Origin: Vitrella brassicaformis CCMP3155
Taxonomy: Eukaryota > Protista > Chromerida
Reading direction: 5' to 3'
DNA: 64,000 nt
Assembly (NCBI GenBank): GCA_001179505.1
Contig: CDMY01000336.1
Span: 248,001 to 312,000 of the forward strand
Below are positions 12,382-22,956 of the stretch, in pieces. Both the position numbers and the translations under genes were made by a program. Numbering within the stretch: position 1 is the first letter of the stretch; the number at the start of each line of letters is the position of its first letter. The notes below the pieces were generated by a model. The model was not told the DNA's origin and ran no database searches. It worked only from the letters and a program-made list of their open reading frames with translations.

Positions 12382-14060
12382 TCACGCCCCGTCCCCGTCT
12401 GCTTCCCCGGTCTGTCTCATGAGGTCATCCAGCGCAGCTATCTGCTCCTCTATGCTGCGTCTCGGCGGTGGTGATGGGCTCTGCAGCCGCTGGTCGATTT
12501 TGCGCATCAACGCCGCCTTCCTCTCCTTCTCTCGCCGCTGGACAGACGACTGAACCAAAACACAGACACACACACGTGTATGATGCCATGACAAGATTGA
12601 TCAAGAGGTGCACGGTCACCTTTCGTTCGGAGAAGAGCAGCGGTTTGGTCTTCTCCAGCTGCCTCAGCTTGCGGTCGATGCGCCTCTCGCGCATAAGGAT
12701 GTCCTGCCCCCTCGCCACCTCCATCTCCCGCACGAAGGTGTGGGTGTTCAGCCACGACAGGTGCTCCAGACCAGCCGCACCCACCGTGCGGTAGAGAACC
12801 TCCTTGTCGTCAGACACCACTATGCACTGCACACGCAGGGACGTGCCATGAGCAGGCGGACGGCATTCTTTGTGTGGTGACTGACTGACTGACTGACTGA
12901 CAGGGGGCTGCTTACGTCTCGTTCTGGGTTGTCGGTGGCGAGCTGACCTGTCTGTCGAATGATGTACTCGTCGGCCTGTGCGCATGCAGGAAGGTAGGAG
13001 AGGTGGTGTGATGTGACAGCGTGTGCACGTGGGTGGGCTGGGTGGCTAGCTTACCTCTCCGGCTGCGAAAATCTCCTCCAGGTGGCGACTCCAGCGCGTG
13101 ATTCTCGGCTCCTCATCGAGGCCATGCGCATCCCACACCAGCTGCACACACACACGCGCACACAGACAGATACAGACACACCAACAACTCTTTCCTTGGT
13201 GGCCCACCCACCCATCCAGATCCACTCACTTTGACGATGTGTCCTCTCCTGACGCCATATGTGCCGGCAAACATCCGCAGCACCTCCCTGGCCTTGCTGA
13301 GCTCCCCCCGCTGCATCAGCCCCTCAGTCGCATCCCAATTGTTGACCACGTTGTACCCGTCCACAAACACCACCGGAATCCCCTCACCGTTGAGCCACAG
13401 CTCGCCGCTCTCTCCCGCCCGCCTCGCTCGCCTCCTCTCCACGTCCTCGACAAGGGCATCCTTCGAGGGCTTCTTGCCGAACCGCTTCGGTGTCGCCACT
13501 CTCGGCCTGTCGGCTGCCACGGCCGCCTTGGCCAGCTCCTTCTTGAGCTTTGCGAAGCGGATCTGCTTCCGCACGGACACATTGATGTTGGGGTCCACTC
13601 GGGGAGCGACTGCCGTCGTTGTCTGCTTGTTGCCGCCCTTCGACGCTGAAAGACGGCTGCGTGGCGAGGAGGGCGAGGCGATGGGTGCCGAGGGGGGAGG
13701 GGCGAATAGATGGACTGGCGAGAGGAAGGATGAGGGGCAGCAGGTGGTGTCCGTGTGTGCGGGGAGGTGGGGGAAGGGCACCGGTGGTGGGATGGGTGGC
13801 CACTCACTCCACCCGTCGGTGTATGCGGGCTCATCAGCTATGGGAGGAAGCACCGAAAGCGAGGAGAGGGGACGAGTGGACGGCCGCAATGGGCCCGCTG
13901 ACGGCATGATGAAGGCTGAGGAGCCGTGGCCTGACGCAGACCACATGCAGCCGACCACACAGCGCCAGAGCCTCCTTCTCCTTCTCGGTGCTAGCGGTGG
14001 TGTCGCAGTCATGAGGCTTGGACCACTGGCTGCCGTCGCTGGATCCTGCTGCATCTGCAT
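12382..14060 (-). CDS. YacP-like NYN-domain (PIN-fold) ribonuclease with organelle-targeting-like N-terminus
   Basis: Spliced motifs VFVDGYNVVN | LVWDA | ADEYI | CIVVSDDKEV carry the acidic residues typical of YacP/NYN. Last exon ends ..DGDGA* at 12382. Confidence 0.85.
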
Positions 14061-14384
14061 TGCAGAGATCTTCGCACGAGTCGAGCTAGTCCAGTGCCGG
14101 CTGTTGCCTGGCGTCGGCTTCGGTTGTTTGCGGGAAAATGTCACAACACAAGGGCACCACTGAAGAGCCTTGTGACGCCTTTGCTTTCTTCTCCTTCAAC
14201 ACGCCGCGAGCTCGAGATCAGAAGTTCGCATCTTAGCTCGCAAGTTGAGCGACGCAATTGCCTTTAAAAGGCGTCAGTAGCTTCGGTTTCTCGGCAATAT
14301 GGAGCGTTAGAAGCGCACCGAACCGCTGAGGGTGTCGGGGAGCCCAGGGGACAGTCATTCGAAAAACGGTCAACACGCCTGCCT

Positions 14385-17300
14385 ATGGCTTCACAAGCGT
14401 CTGCGAGCGCAACAGGTGGCCAGGAGGGCTCTGGCATCGGTTCGTTCACCGTGTGCTTGGCGACCGAGGGCATTGCTGCACGGTGAGGGCCGGCCGACAA
14501 ACACGACACGTGCGGGGCGTTTGGAGCACACACATCGGCTGCATGCAGCTGTGGCGACGCACTTGCATATGTGTGGGTGGTTTGTTTCGTCAGATGGTGC
14601 GAGATGCTCGAGGACACTGACATCCTGGCCTTCCTTAAGTGAGATCCACATGTGTGTGTGAGTCTGTGTCTGTGGTCGAATGATCATTCGTCTGTGTGCC
14701 TCTCTTGTCTGTCCCCCTGATCAAATAATCAGGAGCAGCCCGGCTCAGTGTGCGTTGAAGCAGGAGACGTCCTTCTGGCTGTCGGTCATGGGCGGCAAGG
14801 ACAACGCCTTCCACCTCCTCAACCTCTCACGCCTACCCACCCCCTCCCCCCTCCCCTCTCCCCTCCCATGCGACGAAGACCAAAGCCCCTGGGGCAGCGG
14901 CACCACACGCACGCGAGACCCTTCCACCATCACATCGCCCTACCCCTCTGTGGACGGCCCACGACTGCTCAGCTGCCTGCATGCCCTGGTGCACGACCGC
15001 ATTCGCAAGCTGGTCTACCATCAGCTGTCGGCGGCCATCAAGCGCTCCCCGCTCTTTCTGCACGACATGCTCGCCCACATCCACCAGGCTGACGCGGTCG
15101 AGGCTGACGGCCCCCACCACCAGACGGATCAGCCGCAGGAGGGTGGGTCATCGCCCCCTGCCCAATCACGAGAGGGGTACGCCACGGAGAGCGAGGGAGA
15201 GGATGATGAGGGCGAAGGAGAGGGAGAGGGGGAGGGAGTGGAGGTGCGCCGGTGGTCTGTGTTCGTGACCCCGACCTCAGTGGCCAAGTCGCCGTCGTCA
15301 TCGTCAGGGTCCCCCGCCAACTCGCTCAAGCGCAACGAGTCGTCCTCTTCGTCAACAGGTGGCAGCCGCGGCACCGAGCGCCACATCAGCAGTGGCTCAG
15401 GCAGCCACAGCAGCATCGATGAAGGCGAGGTAGACGTCGCCGTCGACCACCACCAGCAGCACCAGCAGACGAGGCGCACGAGCATCCCGGTGTGCGCTGA
15501 GCGGCGCTTTAGCATTGGGGAGGGTGCCGAGGGGTCAGTGGTAGCCATCCATGGCCGGTATGTGGCGGTGCGGCGAGATCGGCGTGATGTGTTGGAGGTG
15601 CTGGAGGTGGGCGGGGCCGACGGGGGGCGGGTGGTAGCGAGCTTCGAGTTCCACGCCGATCGGTACCGTCTGGACCAAAAGGAGATCATCAATGAGCCCG
15701 ACAGACGGTGAGCGTGGAGCAAAGAAACCATCCATCTCACGTGATGTTTCGACATCTCTTTTTACCTGCCTGCCGGCCTGTGTGTGTGTGTGCAGGGGTT
15801 TGATTAAGAAGTGGTTGTTTCCGTCGCGTCGTTCGTTGTTGGTTGTGACCAAGTTCTTTGGTGTGTATGTGTATGACATCTCCACGGGCCGCGAGCTGTG
15901 CGTCAAAGACGACGAACGGCTGCAGAGCGCGCCGCCTGCCAGAGGGTAGGCAATTGAGCGCACCGCGTGCCTTTCTTTCGATGTGTGAGCTTTCATGTGT
16001 GTGTGTACGTGTGTGTGATGGTCAGTTCGTATGAGATGGAGGGCAACAGTGTGTGGGGCGACGCGTTGCGCCGCGTGGAGCTCACTGCGTGTGATATCGC
16101 CTGCACTAACTTCGTCACAGCGGGTAAGCGCGTGGGGCAATCCTCAGACATCGATCGAGAGAAGTGTGTCGAGTGTTCGTGGATGGATTGATGTTTGTTC
16201 AGGTGCTGACGGCACTCTGCGTTTCCAGAAGTTTTCGGACGACCACCACCACCTCACTCACCTTTGCTCAGGTACACACACTCACTGAGACAAACACATC
16301 CACATATATCGACCAGTCGTCGCCCCTTCCTTCTCTCTGTATCTGTGTGTCGCATGTCTGTCTCTCTCATTACAGTTGATTTGGGTGTGCAGCCGCTGTG
16401 TGACGACTACACCTGGAGCCTCGTGGGCCACACAGTGGTCCCGGACCTGTCCATCTCATCCGCCGGACGACTCGTGTGCGTACTCATACACCAACTCTAC
16501 AAAGAGGTAAGAACACAGCAGGGACCACCAAACACGACAAAACTCGGATTGGCTCGCTTCGCTTAGGTGCGCATCTACCACTGGGGTAGCTTCAAGGAGG
16601 TGCGTCGACTGCGGCTCGACTGCGAGGCGTCCCTGGCTCGTATGGACCCGTCGGGCCGCCTGCTGCTCGTCACGGACGCCCTGTCGCAGCCCCTACCCGC
16701 CACCAAAGTCCTCGCCATCAAGTCGGGAAGGATAATGGCAGAAGTCAACTATAGGTAGGTATCTGACCGTGACCACACCACACCGCTGCAACCATGCCAT
16801 GTCTGTGTGTCTGCTCTGCGTGTGTTTGGATTTCCATCTCATCCAGGCTGTTTTCTCCGTGTTTCTCCCCGTGTGGTCGGTTCCTCATCGCCGGCTGCCC
16901 CACGAGCGACCGAGGCACGCCACTACTCGTGGCTAAAGACCCCCCGTAGGCCGCATGGCATGACAGAGAGTCGTGTCTATGTCCGTCTGTCTGTCTGTCT
17001 GTCTGTGTCGTGTGCTGGCCTGTGTGCCGTCCGTCCCGCCAGGTCATGGCGGCTGTCGAAGGGTGCCAAGAAGGCCCCGCCCGCCAGACCAAAGGACTTC
17101 AGACACACCAAAGTCACACTATACGCCCTGCCATCCCTACAAGTGAGAGGACAAAAGGATCTCGAGAGACAGGGAAGGCCAATGGCATGGCATGGCGGCA
17201 TCCATCTGTGGTTCTTGTTTGCCGACCGACGTGTCTGTCAGTTTCTGGGCACATTGTCTGAGTATGACGGCTCATACGGCCTCAAAAGCAGTTGCCGCCT

Positions 17301-18312
17301 TGGATCAGGCGACCTGTGTCTCCTCAGCCGCACAGCAGACGCCACACTCATCGTCGCGGCAGGCAGACAGCCGTCACATCCTCCCCCATGCCCAGCATCC
17401 ATCCCACCTTCCCCACCGCAGAATGATGCATCAGAATCGCCTGGAGGAGAAGAGCCGGCAGCGGACAACAGTGGCGACAAGGACGACGAGCAGCAGCAGC
17501 AGCAGCGGCAGCAGCAGCAGGAGGCGTCTGCTTCCGCTGATCTGGACTCTCCTGTGCTGGGTCGCCGCGACAGCGTGACCTCCCAGGCATCGTCCTCGGC
17601 CACCACTGTGGCGCCGAGTGCCGTGGTGACGTACATCTACGCGCTGGACCACGAGGAGCTCGTCAAGGCCACCGATCCAGAGATGATGTGCCTGAGCGTC
17701 TTTGCCCGTCGGCGGGAGAGTGCCGAGGATGCGACGGGCGACATCCCCAGTGCGGCGTCATCGCCGATGCGGCCCTCATCTCCGGCGCTCGACGTGGCGA
17801 CTCCGCCCGTGCCGCTCCTCGACTCGCTCGGCGTGAGCATCACTCTGTCCCCCCAGCTGAGCCAAGCCGTCTCCCATACGGCCAGCCAGGCATCTGCATC
17901 GTCCTCAGGGCGGCGAGCCAGACAGAGGCGACGGTCGTCCCAGGCCGACACGGCAGAGCTGGAGCTGATGGGTGATCTGCTCGCGGTGGACGACAGCCCC
18001 GCGTCGGCCCCATCGCGCAAGGGCGGCAAGGCCAAGCGCGTCAAGAGCCGCAGCGGGCAGTCCAATCCCTCCAGCCCCAGCAGCCCCAACATCACGCCAA
18101 TGGACCACAACACATCCATCCTCTCTCCCCTGTCCCCGGCCAGCCCGGCCACTGCCGCGCTCGAGGTGATTGGTGAGCACGAGCCGCCCGACCTGGACCT
18201 CGGCAGCTCGTACGCCATGGTGGGGATTGGGGACCAAGACAGCGACAGCTCGTCCAAGAACGGCAAGAGGAGCAAGAAGAAGGGAGCCAGGGAGGCGAGG
18301 AAGAACAAGTGA
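14385..18312 (+). CDS. Large multi-exon hypothetical protein, possibly with an F-box-like N-terminus and beta-propeller-like core; S-rich tail
   Basis: In-frame exons MASQAS..IAAR|WCEMLEDTDILAFL|SSPAQCALKQ.., FFGVYVYDISTGREL, GADGTLRFQKF and LARMDPSGRLLLV. Ends ..EARKNK* at 18312. Domain calls rest on pattern resemblance only. Confidence 0.6.
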
Positions 18313-19094
18313 AAATGGGATGGATGGCTCTCCCTTTTTCTGCTCTCGCCAACGCGCCATTTTGTTGCTTGCTCGGGCGACGTTGTGCGGCGGGCGGGAG
18401 GGAGGGGTTGCAGAGTGTTTGGTCTCTATCGCTGTGTGGTGTTATGTGGCTGCTGCGTGGTCGTTCTCGCTGGTATTGGGCTCCTCTGTCTGCTCTGCAC
18501 CTGTGGTTGGCTTAAGACGGGAGGGTCGGAGGGTCGTTGTCCTGTCCATGCATGGCATCGAATGGACCTGACGGGACAGTGGGCAGCGAGCGATGGATGG
18601 ACACAGACAGACACACACACACACACAGACAGACAGACAGACATACATATGTTTCGACCGACAAGACAACGGTTCACTCGGCAACGGATTTGATTTGATT
18701 GACTGATAGATCATGGCAGTTGATGGATGTTGATTGAACAAAAGATGGCTTCACTCACTCGGCAAACACACGCAAAGAAGGTCTCTTCGGTCACCACACA
18801 TGGGTGTCCACGCACCACAGCCATCGATCGCACCAGCTTAACCACAGAATCCAGCAGCGAAAAAATTGACAGACACGCTTCATTGATCCATCACAAATGG
18901 GAGGAGAAAAGAGGCAGTCAGTCAACAAACAAGCGAAAGACGGACTCCCATCAGTCAGTGAGTAAACCAGACGCAGGCAGGCTGTGGCGGTGCGCCCAGT
19001 CAGCGCACCACTCGTCCGTCCACCACTCATCCTCCCTCCATTATACACATGGCACCACCACCCCTACGCCCACCCCACCACCCCCTCCCTCCCT

Positions 19095-19394
19095 NNNNNN
19101 NNNNNNNNNNNNNNNNNNNNNNNNNNNNNNNNNNNNNNNNNNNNNNNNNNNNNNNNNNNNNNNNNNNNNNNNNNNNNNNNNNNNNNNNNNNNNNNNNNNN
19201 NNNNNNNNNNNNNNNNNNNNNNNNNNNNNNNNNNNNNNNNNNNNNNNNNNNNNNNNNNNNNNNNNNNNNNNNNNNNNNNNNNNNNNNNNNNNNNNNNNNN
19301 NNNNNNNNNNNNNNNNNNNNNNNNNNNNNNNNNNNNNNNNNNNNNNNNNNNNNNNNNNNNNNNNNNNNNNNNNNNNNNNNNNNNNNNNNNNNNN
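19095..19394. other. Assembly gap (300 N, placeholder size)
   Basis: Run of N flanked by (CCCT)n. Confidence 1.
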
Positions 19395-19449
19395 CCTCCC
19401 TCCCTCCCTCCCTCCCTCCCTCGCATCCGTCAATCAATCCATCAGTCCA

Positions 19450-19815
19450 TCAGTCGAGCATCCTCATGATGTTTTGGTCTCTCTCCGCCCACATGCCCTT
19501 GCGCTTCATCTCATCCTCCTGCCGCTGCCGCTCCTTGAGCTCACGGCGCTTCTTCTCGCTCAACCCGCCCCGCTTCTCGTTCTCCTTCTCGCGGTTCTCC
19601 GCCGCCTGCAGTGCCAGCTGCCGCCGCCGCTCACGCTCCTCCTCGCTGATTCGGGGGTCCACGGACGGCGGCTTGTCGTACCGCTCCTGCCGTCCTACCG
19701 GCATCCGTGGCGGCACCCGCCCGTTGGTGGTGTAGCCATTCGACTGATACCGAGGCGCAGAGATGTGCGCCTTCTCGTCAACGGACGACGTCTGGCAGCC
19801 ACATGACGCACCCAT
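19450..19815 (-). CDS. SVIP: Single-exon SVIP-like small protein with predicted N-myristoylation and palmitoylation
   Basis: Starts MGASCGC (Gly2 plus Cys). EERERRRQLALQAAENREKENEKRG resembles the SVIP R-x5-AAE-R motif. Confidence 0.6.
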   Translation of the reverse strand: MGASCGCQTSSVDEKAHISAPRYQSNGYTTNGRVPPRMPVGRQERYDKPPSVDPRISEEERERRRQLALQAAENREKENEKRGGLSEKKRRELKERQRQEDEMKRKGMWAERDQNIMRMLD

Positions 19816-19974
19816 CCCTACTCACTGTGCTGACGCCGGAGAGAACGCAAAAGCGGAGGAAAGGCACAGATCGGCTTGAAGCTCGCAAATGGCGAGCTCA
19901 GACAGACCGAAAACGGAGCGACGCAGAGAGCTAAACCCGGCCCGCGCCGTTTGCCGGCTTCATCTCATCATCCG

Positions 19975-20669
19975 ATGGGCGAGGGAGATCTCCACCGCCG
20001 TCGGTTTTGGCGCTGCAATGTGGCCAAGAAGGTGGCTGGAGGGGTGGTGCTGCTGTCCTCCTTCATCAGGCCAGCCAACGGCCTCAGCCTCAGCTTCATC
20101 TTCAGGCCACTGCAGGATGGCTGGAGGCGGCGGAGTCCAACTTCGCATCATGTGAGTCCTGGCGTACCGAGGTTGAGGCGTGCGCCGGCGCGGCTGCGGT
20201 CCCGCATCGTTGCTATGGAGGCGCGGGGCAAGGGCATCGACCTGCTGGAATCCATTGCCCTGTCTGATGATGCCGAAGAGGCACCAAGTGCGTGGGAAAC
20301 GAGTCTGGTCTGTTGGATGGAAGGATCTGTCTGTTTGTTTGTGTGGTTGTCAGATCATTCTGTTCATCGCATAGCTGACCGTGGTGCAGTGCATGAGGCG
20401 CCGATGGAGAGCCACATGGGTGATGAGGAGGTGGAAGAGTCGGAGCCCATCGACTTGGCTGCCGCGGGGGAGGGCGAGATCACTCTCACCAACTCACAGA
20501 GAGAGGTCCGACAGCACACTTTGCACATGAGGCACATGTGTCCAACCTTACCCTTGAGCTCTTTGGTCTTGTTCGTTCGTGTGCAGATAGCTCTTGACAT
20601 GGGTCTCCTCGAGAGGCAGATCAAACACATCCGAGATATCATTGGGTGGGTACATGGGGGGCGGCTCTC

Positions 20670-20700
<31 letters not shown>

Positions 20701-22321
20701 CAACACACAATCATCCCACGCCCGCCTTCATTCAAAGTCGCTGTCTGGTGACATGTCTGTCTGTCGATTGTCAGTGTCAGTGCTTTCGACATCGGCGTCG
20801 AGCTCGTCGACAACCAAAGGATGCAGGTAGGTAACACCAGCCCGCATGAATGAGACGCGGAAATGCACACCGATGAGTGAGTCCTTATCTATCGTGCAGC
20901 ATTTGAATCGTGACTTCCGTGCCAAGGACCGCCCCACTGACATCTTGTCCTTCCGCTGCTTTGACGACATCGAGCCTGGCTCGCTGCCCAAGGTCACCAG
21001 TGCGGAAGACCTGGACCTGGGCGATATATTCATTTCTGCCGGTTGGTCGATCGGCGACAGATAGCAACAAACACACACATAGAAGGGGTGTTCCGTATGC
21101 ATGCCGTGGCCGCGTGTGTGTTTCTGTGGGCTTGCAGAGTATGTGCAGGAGCGGTGTGATGAGGACCGCGCAGAAATGGAGGCGCAGCTCGAGGACAATG
21201 GGGAGTTCGTCAGCACCGAAAGGTGGGTCGATACACTGCAGTACACACACAGAGACAGGAACAGGAGATCAGAGGACGTCTGTTGCTGTGCGCGTTGTGT
21301 GTGAAGGGGTGTGAGTGGCGCGATGGCCAAGACATTTACAGTGAGGGAACGGCTGCCGCTACTCGTCATACACGGCATACTCCACCTACTCGGGTAAGCC
21401 ATCCAGCCGCCCCCCCAACTCATGCGCCGTTGACCTGTCTGCGCGTGTCTGAGTCTGTGTCTGTGTCTGTCGTCCCTCAGTTATGACGACCAGAGTGACT
21501 CAGATTGGTCGATGATGGTCAACCGGGAGGAACAGGTCATCAAACAGTACTCCGAGACACCCATGGGACCCAAGTAGCCGAAACACACACACACACAGAG
21601 CGCACATAGCGCATGCAGAGGAGCACCGATTCCTCGTTTGCGCTGTGTGTGTGTACAGGAGTTCCAAGGCCGGCACGTATGTGGTGGGTGTGGGTACTGA
21701 CATAGTCTTCATCCCCCGCGTCAAGCGGGCCCTCAGCCGTGCCGAGGAGCGCTTCACACGCCGCATCTTCACCGCCCGCGAACACTACATTTACCGCCAG
21801 TTCAGGAAGACCAGGAAGGACCGACGGAACCTCACCGACGACGAGTGGTCAGTCAGTCATGACACACACGGAAAAGGGCAAAGCTTTGCAGCGAATGGAC
21901 GTCCTGCCTGTCCTCCCCATGTGATGTGTGTGCGGCTGCAGGTTGGAGTTGGCGGCGTCGTTTGTGGCCAAGCGGTTTGCCACGAAGGAGGCCGTGTCCA
22001 AGGCCCTCGGCGTGGGGCTGCGCATCATACACCCAAGTCAGTCAGTCAGTCAGCCATATACCTAATGAGACCATCCAACACACTCGCGCACGTGACATGA
22101 CGCGTGCATCTCTCCACCCTGTGTGTGTGTGTGTGTGTGTAGATGGTCTTCGGTTGAAGGACATAGAGGTGTTGAATCGTCCGTCGGGCCAGCCCTATGT
22201 GGAGCTACTCAATGAGGGGCGGCGGAAGGGTATGGCCATGGGCGTCGTGGACGTGGCCGTCAGCCAGGCCGACGAGAAGGAATATGCCGTCGCATTCGCC
22301 ACGGCCACCGGCAGCACCTAG
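19975..22321 (+). CDS. ybeY-acpS: YbeY endoribonuclease fused to AcpS (holo-ACP synthase) with a targeting-like leader
   Basis: YbeY motifs LNRDFRAKDRPTDILSF, LGDIFIS and IHGILHLLG|YDD. AcpS motifs VGVGTDIV, KRFATKEAVSKALG and IEVLNRPSGQP..EYAVAFA. The two are joined in frame by a phase-2 intron at 21574-21658; AcpS has no ATG of its own. Confidence 0.85.
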
Positions 22322-22956
22322 CTGGTACCCACCTGGCTGGCTGGGCGGGTGGCTGGAGTGTTTGAATGTGTGTGGCTTGGGTGCTGGGGCCGCGTGGGAA
22401 TCATCACGACGGACGGACGGATGTGGGCGTGCGTGGGGTGGGTGGGTGGTGTTGGTGCGGTTAATTCGTCTCATTCGAGGGTCTGTCTTGTGCCGCTTCC
22501 TCTATGTAAATGTCTCCGTAAGAGTGGCTACTATATATTAGTTGATTGGTCGTCAGACAAGAGTGTTTGTGTAATCACGGGGGTATCTTTCTTGGCCTGG
22601 ATGGAAGAATGGATGGATGGACATATTGCTTGTGTGTACAGAGAGCGAAGAATGGACGGAAGGACAAACACCAACTAGATTACGTATAATTTTTGCTAAC
22701 ACCACCGGATCGGGTCAGTCATGGTCGGTCAAATAGCTGCTGCACACACTTTTCGCGTGGACGCATTCCTCCACACAGACAGACAGATGCATACACACAC
22801 ACACACACACACACGTGTGGGGCACCCATCGGCCACTGAGAGGAGCGGGAAAACCTCTCGTTGCCGTCAGCCCCACTCACACTCACATGCAGCTAGCCAC
22901 CCACCCACCCACTGTACAATAATGGTCTGTCTGTCTGTCTGCCACCCCTCTCTCCC

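Noticed and set aside
18727-19469. ORFs spanning N runs (also at 28.4-28.8 and 31.0-31.3 kb)
   Set aside because: Artefacts of translating through gaps.
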